A stretch of 64,000 nt of DNA, taken from NCBI GenBank assembly GCA_963737905.1, contig CAVTUQ010000012.1:96001-160000 (forward strand), given 5' to 3'. Every line of letters begins with the position of its first letter. Position 1 is the stretch's first letter. The stretch is from an uncultured delta proteobacterium (lineage in GTDB: Bacteria > Desulfobacterota > Binatia > UBA9968). The notes under the pieces were generated by a model that saw only the letters and a list, made by a program, of their open reading frames with translations, ran no database searches and was not told the DNA's origin. Shown here in pieces: positions 9,600-18,910 of this stretch. The position numbers were made by a program, and so were the translations under genes.

Positions 9600-10616
9600 C
9601 TACCGGAAATAGCCGAGCATTTCCTTGTTGTATTTATTGTAAACAGCGCTCGATGCCGGCTTAATGACGAATAACTTACGCCCCTCCATCAGGCGTGGCG
9701 GGTTCGGTAGGACATCCTTCCGAGCGGGAATCCGGCTCAGGGTTCTCATAAACGTTTGCCCTTCGGCAGAAAGAATGAAGTCGACATAGAGCCGCGCCGC
9801 TGCCGGGTGAGAGCTCTTCGCGGTGACGGCGATACCGATGGGATAGACGAACCAAGGATCGAGAGGCACCCAGTCGATGGGCGCTCCGGCTTTTTTGAAC
9901 TCCTCCACGCCGGTGGGATACTGGGAGACCAGCAACGGAAACTCACCGGCCAGCATGAGCTGATTCATCAATGAAGAGCCGATCCGCGCTTGGATATTTT
10001 GCTTGCTCAGTGCTCCCATGTACCTGTGGCCCTTTTCCTCCCCCATCATCTGCAACATCGCGAAGTACCACTCCGTGTGGCTGAGCACGAAACCCATCTT
10101 GCCTTTCCATTTCGGAAGTAGCAGGTCCTGATAACTGGTCGGCACCTCGTCGGGCTTCAACATGCGAGTGTTGTAAGCGATGGTCAGGGCATTGAGATAC
10201 ATCCCGTTCCAATATCCGTCCTTGTCTCGGAGAGCTTCGATATAAGCTTCCCGCTCCGGGGAGTAATATCGGGCCAGCAGGCCTTTCTCCAGCAAGTTCA
10301 TGATGGGGAAAACGCTGGATTGATAAACATCGGCGAGATAGGTGCCGGTGCGGGCTTCGAGCAGATACTTGCTCAAGAGCGCGTCCTTACCGCTGCTCAA
10401 GAACTCCATATTGATGAACGGATATTTTTTCTCGAAGCCGGCCTTCAATGCTTTAGCATCCGAGGCGTTGGACGAGACGTAAACCATCACCTTGCCTTCC
10501 TTCTTCGCGTCCTCGATGAGCTTTGGCCGATCCGTCAATGGGCTCTGGGCGCAGATGACTCCGGCTAGGCAAAAGATCCCGTGAAGGACAAGAGTCAATG
10601 AAATGATTGCTTTCAT
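9600..10616 (-). CDS. ABC transporter substrate-binding protein (Fe3+/thiamine-type)
   Basis: AKKEGKVMVY, IAYNTR, DLLLPKWKGK, HPAAARLYVDFILSAEGQ. Confidence 0.88.
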   Translation of the reverse strand: MKAIISLTLVLHGIFCLAGVICAQSPLTDRPKLIEDAKKEGKVMVYVSSNASDAKALKAGFEKKYPFINMEFLSSGKDALLSKYLLEARTGTYLADVYQSSVFPIMNLLEKGLLARYYSPEREAYIEALRDKDGYWNGMYLNALTIAYNTRMLKPDEVPTSYQDLLLPKWKGKMGFVLSHTEWYFAMLQMMGEEKGHRYMGALSKQNIQARIGSSLMNQLMLAGEFPLLVSQYPTGVEEFKKAGAPIDWVPLDPWFVYPIGIAVTAKSSHPAAARLYVDFILSAEGQTFMRTLSRIPARKDVLPNPPRLMEGRKLFVIKPASSAVYNKYNKEMLGYFR

Positions 10617-10871
10617 AGAGTTTCTCCTCGAAATGCGCTTATCAAACTTCAAATAGGTTGCGGCTACGGGGCACGTCTTTCGCAGTTGATTCTATCTGCA
10701 AAGATTTTCTGGCTGAACTGAGCTGCGTATAACTCGTGCGCGCAGAGGTTGTCAAACTTTCATCCGGTTTGCTGTCCCCTTCGGAAGAGACTAAGACACT
10801 TGGGCACCGCGTTTAGCCATAACCTTGACAACCCATCGGGAACTTCATATGGATGGGCCGTTTCTAGAACT

Positions 10872-11084
10872 ATGTTCAATAAACCGAAACAACGACCGCC
10901 TCCTTCTTGGGAAATTGCCACTTCCTTAGATAAAGCATGTGATGTCCTGAGCTGCTTTACCACGTTGAAGCCCGCCTGGGGAATCTCCGAGCTCTCCCGC
11001 AACCTCGGTATTCCCAAGAGCGGTATTTTGCGGATCGTAAAGACCTTTGAAAAGGGCTTCCTGAGACGCAAAGCGCCTTCATGA
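10872..11084 (+). pseudogene. Truncated IclR-family regulator (HTH only)
   Basis: SLDKACDVLSCF.....WGISELSRNLGIPKS.ILRIVKT then early stop; no effector domain. Confidence 0.65.
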
Positions 11085-11224
11085 TTTAGGCTATCGAGAA
11101 CAACGGCTGGGCGGCACATAAAATCTTATGTGAGAGGCGATTCACTGGACCTTCCGACGTGTTGTTATCTAGTAGCGCATTGGTTGCCTACCGCAATGTG
11201 CTAAGGTCGATGAGATCTCCGCTT

Positions 11225-11351
11225 GCAGGCTGCTCAAAAAGGTCTCAGAGGCAAGGCGCGCGAAGATCGATGAGCGGAGGCGTACTCTTTTTACGTTAAC
11301 GCGAAATCGGTCGAGCGCAACGAAGCATATGAGTCTTTTTCAGTGGCCTGC
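11225..11351. mobile_element. ~127-bp MITE/REP-like element with imperfect terminal inverted repeats
   Basis: gcaggctgctcaaaaag ... ctttttcagtggcctgc (14/17 match); a partial inverted copy lies at 15997-16033. Confidence 0.65.
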
Positions 11352-11365
11352 TAGGAGGAAAGAAC

Positions 11366-12142
11366 GTGGCATTGATAATTGAGTTAGGAAAGAAAAGGTC
11401 GGTACAAGAGGCCAGGGCCATGGTCGATGAACTTTATCGACAGGTGCGCGATCGCTGGGAAGCAAAAGTAAATCTGACTCCCTTCATGCAACAATTGGTG
11501 GCGGGCAGGCTGCCGCTGAAAGTCCTGCAAACGTTTTTTCGAAATTGGGGCGCCTATACCATCGAGATCAACACCTTGACCGCTTGCACCTATCACAAGA
11601 ATCTAACCTTCTTTAAGGTCCATCGTGATCTGATGGGGCCGATCGGAGAGAAGATCGCCGACGAATTCATCCATCCGAAACCTCCTGGCCATTTTCTAGT
11701 CATGCTCCAAACGGCCAAAGCCTTTGGTCTGACGGAAGAAGAGATTTTTTCAACACCGATGCTTTCGGAGTTTCGCGCCAAGATCGATTTCATGCGCAGC
11801 ATCGTCTACGAAGGGACCGCGGCGGAGTGGTACGCGTCGGTGACCACGGAAGAGCAGATCGGCTACTGGTCGGCGGTTTGTTACCAAGCTCTGACAACCC
11901 ATTATGGCTTTGACCGGGAAAAGGCGACTTACTTCGCAACCCATGTCGAAGCGGATTTGGGAGAACATGAAGAAGGAGTCATGGGCCATGCGAGTTTCAA
12001 CCGGACCGCATTGCAGCGGCTGCTCGAAAGCGGAATGGCGGACGAACGGCCGACTTATGGGCTTGAATACTGCGCGATGACTTCCGTGGATCTTCATGGC
12101 GTCATGTTGCGGGCCGCGATGGAAGAAGCTCAAAGGAGCTAA
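11366..12142 (+). CDS. Heme-oxygenase-like diiron (TenA/PqqC/CADD-fold) protein 1
   Basis: PFMQQLVAGRLP start; ligand-like motifs DEFIHPKPPGH, TTEEQ, YFATHVEAD...H. Confidence 0.8.
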   Translation: MALIIELGKKRSVQEARAMVDELYRQVRDRWEAKVNLTPFMQQLVAGRLPLKVLQTFFRNWGAYTIEINTLTACTYHKNLTFFKVHRDLMGPIGEKIADEFIHPKPPGHFLVMLQTAKAFGLTEEEIFSTPMLSEFRAKIDFMRSIVYEGTAAEWYASVTTEEQIGYWSAVCYQALTTHYGFDREKATYFATHVEADLGEHEEGVMGHASFNRTALQRLLESGMADERPTYGLEYCAMTSVDLHGVMLRAAMEEAQRS

Positions 12143-12201
12143 TACGCACTATTGACGTAAGAGTGACCGAGCAGCGAGCCTCTCCGTCGCGGGCAATGTA
12201 A

Positions 12202-12270
12202 AGTTTCGAGTTCCGAGTTTAAAGTTCCGGGTTCTAACTCGAAACCCGAGACACGAAACCGGAAACTCGG
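12202..12270. repeat. Heptamer fold-back repeat (AGTTYCG)n ... (AACYCGA)n
   Basis: agtttcg agttccg agtttaa agttccg / aactcga aacccga gacacga aaccgga aactcgg. Confidence 0.75.
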
Positions 12271-12299
12271 AAGTGAGGCACCAGGAGTCAGAGGAATTG

Positions 12300-13241
12300 A
12301 TGGTTTTTGTGAAGCTGTCGCTTGTTTTGGTTCTGCTGCTAGGGATTTTCTCAGGGTCTCCGGCGCAGGCACTCGAGCGGATTCGTATCGGTCTCTCCGT
12401 GCGCAATGTCGTCTTCCTGCCGTTTTACTATGCGCAGGATAAAAAGATTTTCGAGAAGCACGGGCTCAACGCTGAGCTGATTCAGATAAGAAGCGACCTG
12501 CAGGTCGTCGGGTTGGTTTCCGGCGAGATCGATTTTACGCCGGTGATCGGACCGACGGTGTTTGCCATCGCCAACGGCATGCCGCTCAGGGCCACCGCGG
12601 TATTGTATAAGGCGCCGCTTTTCTCGCTCGTAAGTCCTGCGACGGTTACCAATATTAAAAACTTGGAAGGAAAGCAGGTTGCCGTGTCCAGGCTGGGATC
12701 CGACAGTCACCGTTACGGGGTCATGATGATGGAAAATAGCGGGGTGGATCCAAAAAAAGTGACCTTCATTCAAACCGGCAATACCACTGTCAGTCTAACT
12801 GCCTTGCAGCAAGGTTCCGTTGCTGCGGCAGTGCTCAGCCCGCCCTTCACCGGTACCATGGTGGAAAAGGGTTACAGGATTTTAGCCCGTAGCAGATTAC
12901 TCATCGAGATCCCGTGGATGGGGATGGTGACCAGCAAGCAAAAGATCGAGACGCAGCCCGAGTTGGTAAGAAACGTTCTGCGCTCCATACGCGAGGTGGC
13001 GGCCAACATTCGTCGCGACAAGGCAGGAGTGGTGGCCTACATCGAAAAGAATTTCAAAGTGACCCCTAGTGTTGCCGCGGAAGCCTATGAAGATATCAAT
13101 GGCGTCATTGTCGATGGGTTGGTGATGCCCGAAGAGCAGCTCAAGAGTTACCTGGACAACGCGAGCAGCCGGGGCGAGATCGCCAAGCCCTTGACTGTCG
13201 GGGATGTCTTCGATCTCTCGCTGATACGAAGTTTGAAGTGA
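12300..13241 (+). CDS. ABC transporter substrate-binding protein, NMT1/SsuA family
   Basis: Signal peptide, IFEKHGLNAEL, LEGKQVAVSRLGSDS. Confidence 0.88.
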   Translation: MVFVKLSLVLVLLLGIFSGSPAQALERIRIGLSVRNVVFLPFYYAQDKKIFEKHGLNAELIQIRSDLQVVGLVSGEIDFTPVIGPTVFAIANGMPLRATAVLYKAPLFSLVSPATVTNIKNLEGKQVAVSRLGSDSHRYGVMMMENSGVDPKKVTFIQTGNTTVSLTALQQGSVAAAVLSPPFTGTMVEKGYRILARSRLLIEIPWMGMVTSKQKIETQPELVRNVLRSIREVAANIRRDKAGVVAYIEKNFKVTPSVAAEAYEDINGVIVDGLVMPEEQLKSYLDNASSRGEIAKPLTVGDVFDLSLIRSLK

Positions 13242-13371
13242 CCCTCGGAAATCGCACGGGGATGATCGTTGATCACATATAGGGAACCTAGGTGTTTCCA
13301 ACGGATGGAACGTTGGAACTTTTGTAAGGGCCGGAACGATGTCTTAGCGCTGTCGAGGAGGAAACTATCTC

Positions 13372-14448
13372 ATGGTCATGGTGGAAAAAGAGCAGCACTT
13401 GAAGATGCGAATGGAGCACATCCGCTTCGGCAAAGAAGAATTAGAGCGGCGCCGGAAGTCTCCCGTGCATATCCCCGCCGAACATGTGGCGGCGCAGCTC
13501 AAGGACCACTATCACGTCTACATCGTCGATCCGCGGCTTGGATTCAATCAGAGAACATTTCGCTTTTGGATCAACTATCGCGCCTTGGGCGAAGAGATGG
13601 AGTACAGCGGCAAGCAATTGGGTCATCGCCACACGGTGGAAGCGGTGATCTATATCCATCAAGGTCACGGCTATAGCGTCATCGACGGCGTCAAATACCC
13701 CTGGGAAGCCGGGGATCTGATCTGCGTGCCCGTGTTCGCTTGGCACCGGCATCATAATGAGAGCCAAGAAGATTTGATTTATTTTGCGGCGACGACCGGT
13801 CCCTTTTCCATGGCGACGGGCATCGCGCTTTACGAAGAGGAGAACTACCCGGAGTATTGGGTTTTCGCGCAGAAGGGTGAAGAGGCGATGAAGACCCTGA
13901 TACCCGGCGGCGCGGAAGCGCCCCCGGGCGGCAAGGTCGATCTGGATCAAAGCCGCTGGAAGCCGCAGGGTTCTCGCAGCAACGGCGAGCCGACGTCGGC
14001 GGAGATTTATTTCGATCAGCTCAACTTCGCGCAAGAGGAAGAAAAGCGGCGGCGGGCAGGAAAAGTTTTGGTTAAGGCTAAAGACCTTAAATTCCAACCT
14101 ACCCCGATGGGACGGGTGGCGTACGGCGTTGATACAAAGCTGGGTTTCCATGTAAAAGTTCTCGGCACTTTGTTCGCTGAAATCCCGCCCGGCAAACGGT
14201 CCGGCGCCCATCGCCATATCTACGAAGAGACGAATTACATAATCTCAGGCCAGGGCTACAGCATCATTGAAGATCAGAAATATGAGTGGAAGAAAGGCGA
14301 TACGTTGGTCATCCCGGTCTTTGCCTGGCACCAGCACTTCAACACGGGAAGAGAAACGGCGCGCTTCCTGGTTCACACCAATCGTCCCTGCATGGAAAGC
14401 ACAGGCTATATCCATACCCAGCAAGGCGAACCCGCGGACTATGAGTAA
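13372..14448 (+). CDS. Bicupin protein (gentisate-dioxygenase-like), both domains with metal motif
   Basis: HRHTVEA...VPVFAWHRHHN and HRHIYEE...IPVFAWHQHFN. Confidence 0.85.
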   Translation: MVMVEKEQHLKMRMEHIRFGKEELERRRKSPVHIPAEHVAAQLKDHYHVYIVDPRLGFNQRTFRFWINYRALGEEMEYSGKQLGHRHTVEAVIYIHQGHGYSVIDGVKYPWEAGDLICVPVFAWHRHHNESQEDLIYFAATTGPFSMATGIALYEEENYPEYWVFAQKGEEAMKTLIPGGAEAPPGGKVDLDQSRWKPQGSRSNGEPTSAEIYFDQLNFAQEEEKRRRAGKVLVKAKDLKFQPTPMGRVAYGVDTKLGFHVKVLGTLFAEIPPGKRSGAHRHIYEETNYIISGQGYSIIEDQKYEWKKGDTLVIPVFAWHQHFNTGRETARFLVHTNRPCMESTGYIHTQQGEPADYE

Positions 14449-14462
14449 GAGATAGCCGAACC

Positions 14463-15917
14463 ATGGCGATAACAACCCACGAACATCATGGCCATGAGCA
14501 CGATGGCGCGGTGGGACCGCACACCCACTTGACCAGCGTTGGCATCGATATCGGCTCCTCAACGTCGCATCTGATGTTTTCTCAACTACTCATCGGCTAT
14601 CCGTCGCTGCATCAGCGGCGGCCCATGGTATTGGATCGCCGGGTGATTGCGCGCTCGCCGATTTTGCTCACGCCATTTACCGGCGATTGGAACATCGAGG
14701 CGGGCCCGCTCAAGGAGCTCGTGGATGCGACGTTCCAAGACGCAGGCTTGACGCGGGAGGACATCGATACCGGGGCGGTTATCATCACGGGGGAGGCGGC
14801 GCGGCGCGACAATGCGAGAAAAATCGCCGAGTTGTTTTCCGACGAAGCCGGCCGTTTCGTTTGCGCGACTGCCGGGCCAAACTTAGAGACAATTATGGCG
14901 GCCCACGGCTCCGGGGCGGTTCTCAAGAGCCGCGAAGAAGGTCTGACGGTTCTGAACATCGATGTGGGCGGCGGAACGACGAAACTGAGCGTGATCGAGG
15001 ATGGCAGGATTCGAAGCACCAGCGCGCTCAACATCGGCGCCCGTTTGTTGGCATACGACGAAGGAGAAATCTTGACGCGGTTGGAAAAAGCCGGACGGCG
15101 GTTTCTTGCCGACCTTGGATGTGCTCTGAGCATCGGGTCGAGACTTGAAGAAGATTTGCGCCGGCGTCTGGCCTCCCGGATGGCTCGTGCATTATTTGAT
15201 GTCGTCGCCGGCGGGAAGCCGCCGTGGGAAGAACTCTATGTGACCGCGCCCTTGGACAATCTCCCTGAGCTTGACGGTATCCTGTTCTCGGGCGGTGTCT
15301 CCGAGTACATCTACAGCCGTGAAGCGAGTGCCTTTGGCGACTTGGGCCCTTACCTGGGCGAAGAGATTGGAAGAGAAGCCGAAAAGCGCGGCTTGCGGAT
15401 CTTTGACTCCAGCGAAGGCATTCGCGCCACCGTGATTGGCGCTTCACAGTATACAGTTCAGTTGAGCGGCGAAACGATTCATGTTCCGGAAGGGGCGGAT
15501 TTACCAGTCAGAAATCTGCGGGTTTTTCTGGTTCACGTGGATTGGGAATTTCCGGTGGCTGCGCGCGCCGAAACGGCCATCAAAAAAGCTCTAAGCGAGC
15601 GAGACCCGGAAGTGCGTGGCGCGCCGTTTGTTTTGGCCTTTTCATCGCCTCCGTTTTTCGGTTATGGCGCGGTGCAAGAGCTGGCCAAGGGTATCGATGA
15701 TGCGCTGGCGGGCCTGCTTGCAGAGGACAGGCCGGATGTGTTGGTGTTCGAACAAAACGTAGGTCGAGTCGTGGGCGGCATAGTTTCGTCGAAATGGAGC
15801 CTTCCCTGCATTGACGAAATCAATCTATCTGAATTGGACTTCATCGATGTCGGTGAAGTAGTGGACGGAGAGGGCTTCGTTCCCGTCGTAGTTAAAAGCC
15901 TGGCTTTTGGCGTGTAG
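14463..15917 (+). CDS. EutA-like (ethanolamine ammonia-lyase reactivase-like) ASKHA ATPase with His-rich N-terminus
   Basis: SVGIDIGSSTSHLMFS, TGAVIITGEAARRDNA, AGPNLE, NIDVGGGTTK, FSGGVSE, IRATVIGAS, VPVVVKSL. Confidence 0.88.
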   Translation: MAITTHEHHGHEHDGAVGPHTHLTSVGIDIGSSTSHLMFSQLLIGYPSLHQRRPMVLDRRVIARSPILLTPFTGDWNIEAGPLKELVDATFQDAGLTREDIDTGAVIITGEAARRDNARKIAELFSDEAGRFVCATAGPNLETIMAAHGSGAVLKSREEGLTVLNIDVGGGTTKLSVIEDGRIRSTSALNIGARLLAYDEGEILTRLEKAGRRFLADLGCALSIGSRLEEDLRRRLASRMARALFDVVAGGKPPWEELYVTAPLDNLPELDGILFSGGVSEYIYSREASAFGDLGPYLGEEIGREAEKRGLRIFDSSEGIRATVIGASQYTVQLSGETIHVPEGADLPVRNLRVFLVHVDWEFPVAARAETAIKKALSERDPEVRGAPFVLAFSSPPFFGYGAVQELAKGIDDALAGLLAEDRPDVLVFEQNVGRVVGGIVSSKWSLPCIDEINLSELDFIDVGEVVDGEGFVPVVVKSLAFGV

Positions 15918-15923
15918 CGGTTA

Positions 15924-15988
15924 GCTTATGGCGTATGGCTTATGGTTCGCATGTCCCAACTATTGCCATAAGCTATCAGCCATATGCG
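15924..15988. repeat. Heptamer fold-back repeat (GCTTATG/CCATAAG type), copy A
   Basis: gcttatg gcgtatg gcttatg / gccataa gctatca gccatat. Confidence 0.75.
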
Positions 15989-15996
15989 AAGTACGT

Positions 15997-16033
15997 GCGC
16001 GCCTCGGCTCTGAGATCTTTTTGAGCAGCCCGC
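15997..16033 (-). mobile_element. Partial inverted copy of the 11225-11351 element
   Basis: Reverse complement gcgggctgctcaaaaagatctcagagccgaggcgcgc matches gcaggctgctcaaaaaggtctcagaggcaaggcgcgc. Confidence 0.6.
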
Positions 16034-16070
16034 AAACATAGTTGCATGGTTAGACAGAGAAAAGTCGCTT

Positions 16071-16829
16071 GTGATAAAGGCTGAAATGGACGGTGAAAGG
16101 CGGTTGAATGCTATGAACCCGGCTGCAAACGGCATCGATAAAATGTGGCAAAGCTTGGTTCAAATGGCGAATGATCAATTTGATACGCCGCCGTTCAAGG
16201 GTCTCTTGAATACGAATTTCTCTCGCCAGCGAGCCCAACGGTATTCGATTCAGATGGCCTATTACGTGAAGAACCGTCGCGACTGTTGGGGCTACGTACA
16301 GGGATCAGCGCCGTTGGATATAAAACGGTTGATCTGGGAGCACGAGCAGGACGAGTTGATCGGCAAGAAGAGTGAAGGCAAAGACGATCACATTACCTTG
16401 GCGGTAAAAGAAGGCGCGGTCTTTGGATTGAGCGCCGAGGCGTTCGACGATACGCCTGTGCTCGAAGGGGGCGTTGTTTGCTTTTATTCGTGGCTGCATC
16501 TGGCGCAGCGCCCCTGGCTTGAAGCCATCGCTGCCTCGGGGATTCTGGAGATCCGCAACTCCGCCGAGTTGATCAGGGGGGGATCGCTGTCGCGGCGCAT
16601 CGGAGAAAAGTTCGAGCGGGAACTTGGAATACCCATGAAGAAACAGATCAACAACGCGGAGCACATGGTGATGGATGTCGAACATGCGCATCTCTTGATG
16701 CGGGTCGCGCGTAAGTACGCGACGACGGAAGTCGACCAGAATGCTATCATCAGGGGAGCTCGAGAAAGCCTGATCATCGATCGCGTGTATCGGGGTCATC
16801 TCGCTGACATGCTCGAGGCGTTGCCTTGA
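16071..16829 (+). CDS. Heme-oxygenase-like diiron protein 2 (true start may be ATG 16086 or 16113)
   Basis: NRRDCWGYVQG, HEQDEL...DDH, ILEIRN, HMVMDVEH. Confidence 0.8.
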   Translation: MIKAEMDGERRLNAMNPAANGIDKMWQSLVQMANDQFDTPPFKGLLNTNFSRQRAQRYSIQMAYYVKNRRDCWGYVQGSAPLDIKRLIWEHEQDELIGKKSEGKDDHITLAVKEGAVFGLSAEAFDDTPVLEGGVVCFYSWLHLAQRPWLEAIAASGILEIRNSAELIRGGSLSRRIGEKFERELGIPMKKQINNAEHMVMDVEHAHLLMRVARKYATTEVDQNAIIRGARESLIIDRVYRGHLADMLEALP

Positions 16830-16853
16830 TCCGGCGAGGCGGGAGCCCGAAAT

Positions 16854-16922
16854 CGCATATGGCTGATAGCTTATGGCATATAGTGGAACCAAGACCATAC
16901 GCCATAAGCCATACGCCATAAG
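16854..16922. repeat. Heptamer fold-back repeat, copy B (inverted relative to copy A)
   Basis: 16854-16878 is the exact reverse complement of 15964-15988; 16902-16922 of 15925-15945. Confidence 0.8.
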
Positions 16923-16930
16923 GAGGGAGT

Positions 16931-17635
16931 ATGAGTATCGTGAGTGAACTGACAGCGACTTTGGACCAGATGGTGAATGACCAGTTTGAATCGCTGGAGT
17001 TCAAGAATTTTTTTTCAGTGCCGCTAACTATGGAGCGAGGGCGTTTTTATGTGATTCAAAACGCCTACTATACGGCCAACCGGCGCGATTGCTGGGGTTA
17101 TGTTCAGGGGGCGGCTCCGCTTGAAGTGAAGCGGGTGATATGGCAGCACGAGAGCGATGAACTGGTCAACGACCCGCGCGCCAACATGGATCATTACAGT
17201 CTTGCCGTAAAACAGGGTGAAGTGCTCGGACTCAAACCAGAGGATTTCGAAAAGGCGGAGTTGCCGGCTATGGTACGGGCCTGTTTTTATGCGTGGCATC
17301 ATATCGCGATCCGAAGCCACTGGCTGACCGCCTATACGGCGTCGCATATGCTGGAACGGCGCAATAACGGGCAAATCGTGAGAGGCGGCGGCATGTCCTT
17401 TCGAGTCGGCAAGAAATTCGAGAACGAACTCGGCCTCAATCTCAAGAAAATGATTTCGCTGGACGTTCACGCCGTGGCCGATACCGAGCACTCGGACAAT
17501 ATCTCCGTGATGTTCGAGCGCTACGTCAAGACTCCGGAGGACCGCGAATTGGTCTTGCAAGGGGCGCGCGATTGTATGGCTATCGATCGCGCCTATCGAG
17601 GGGCACTGGGGTACTATATGGAGCAGATCAAGTAG
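16931..17635 (+). CDS. Heme-oxygenase-like diiron protein 3 (paralog of 16071-16829)
   Basis: NRRDCWGYVQG, HESDEL...MDH, MLERRN, HAVADTEH; AGGAGG RBS. Confidence 0.82.
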   Translation: MSIVSELTATLDQMVNDQFESLEFKNFFSVPLTMERGRFYVIQNAYYTANRRDCWGYVQGAAPLEVKRVIWQHESDELVNDPRANMDHYSLAVKQGEVLGLKPEDFEKAELPAMVRACFYAWHHIAIRSHWLTAYTASHMLERRNNGQIVRGGGMSFRVGKKFENELGLNLKKMISLDVHAVADTEHSDNISVMFERYVKTPEDRELVLQGARDCMAIDRAYRGALGYYMEQIK

Positions 17636-17792
17636 GAAGGAAATTCGAAACCGTACCCTTCCTCGATTATACCCTGTAGCGCCCCGGACTTTAGAGCGTC
17701 TTACGGATTCCAAAAAAAGCTGGCCATGGACCGCAAAGCTTTGGTATAATCGGTTTCTCTAAATACCTGACAGCATCACCACCTAAAATAGC

Positions 17793-18161
17793 GTGTTATC
17801 CAAAGTCCTCAAGACGAATATCGGTTTCACCCTGATTGAACTGCTTCTGGTGGTCGCTATCATCGGTCTGCTCGCGGCGATAGCGATTCCTCAATTCATC
17901 GCTTATCGGACCCGGGCCATTGACACGCAGATGAAGAGCGATTTGAAAAATGCGGCGATGGCTATGGAAAGCTACTTTGCTGAATTCAAGATTTACCCTG
18001 CCTCGGTAGGCAGCATCTCCTCCGCCGGTTTCAGGCAGACGAACGGTGTTGCGCTGGCTATCTCAGTTGTGTCCCCTTCTTCTTTCACCCTTACCGCGAC
18101 TGCTCCTAACGGCTCGCAGCCGAGTTTTACGTACAATAGCGCCACCGGCACAATCAATTAA
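17793..18161 (+). CDS. Type IV pilin with prepilin cleavage/methylation site
   Basis: G|FTLIELLLVVAIIGLLAAIAIPQF. Confidence 0.9.
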   Translation: MLSKVLKTNIGFTLIELLLVVAIIGLLAAIAIPQFIAYRTRAIDTQMKSDLKNAAMAMESYFAEFKIYPASVGSISSAGFRQTNGVALAISVVSPSSFTLTATAPNGSQPSFTYNSATGTIN

Positions 18162-18177
18162 TCAGGCGATGCAGTGT

Positions 18178-18910
18178 CTATTTCGGCGTGCGTAGAAAAA
18201 AGGTTTGTCCGGTAACGTACTTGGTCGCGTCGGAGAGCAAGTAACGAGTCAGGCCGACGATCTCTTCTTTTTTCGTCAACCCGTCCAACAACGGTGGGAT
18301 TTCCTCTCTCTTTTTGAATTCTTCCGGAGTCGAACCCGCTCGAGACATCGGTGTATCGGTGGCGCCGGGGCAGACCGCGTTGACGGTGATGTCGTAGGGC
18401 GCCAGCTCGACCGCCAGTGATTTAGTAAAAGCGATGATGCCGGCTTTAGACGCGGCGTAATGCGACGCGCGCGCTTGCCCCGCGACGCCTCGGCCGGAGG
18501 CGATGCTGAGAATGCGTCCCTGCTTTTTCGGGATCATATGTTTGGCGGCTGCCTGCGAACAGAGAAAAGTTCCCTTTAGATTGATCCTTAGCACCCGGTC
18601 CCATTCCTCCTCGGGCATGTCGACTACGGGAATTCGCGTCATCACTCCGGCGCCGTTGAAAAGAACATCGACCTGGCCATATTTCGCCAGCGCCTGTTTC
18701 ATCATTTCGGCGACGCTCTCCTTGCTGCCGACGTCCACCTGTATGGCTGTGGCATCGCCTTTGGCATTGCGGATCTCCGCGGCAGTTGTTCTCCGCCGCA
18801 TCTTTGGCATAATCTGCAATGACGACCTTTAATCCATCGGTTGCCAAGCCACGGCAGATGTCCGACCCGATCCCGCCGGCACCGCCCGTGATGATAATGA
18901 CTTTGTCCAT
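18178..18910 (-). CDS. SDR family oxidoreductase (frameshift near 18785)
   Basis: TGGAGGIG in one frame; NGAG, YAASK, NAVCPG in the other. Confidence 0.85.

Noticed and set aside
14463-15917. Ethanolamine utilisation operon
   Set aside because: No eutB, eutC or microcompartment shell genes in the window
6534-16922. Intergenic repeats as CRISPR arrays
   Set aside because: Units are 7-9 nt, degenerate and without unique spacers; no cas operon
11366-17635. PQQ biosynthesis or thiamine salvage locus
   Set aside because: No pqqA/B/D/E or thi genes nearby; the proteins carry dimetal-type ligand motifs instead
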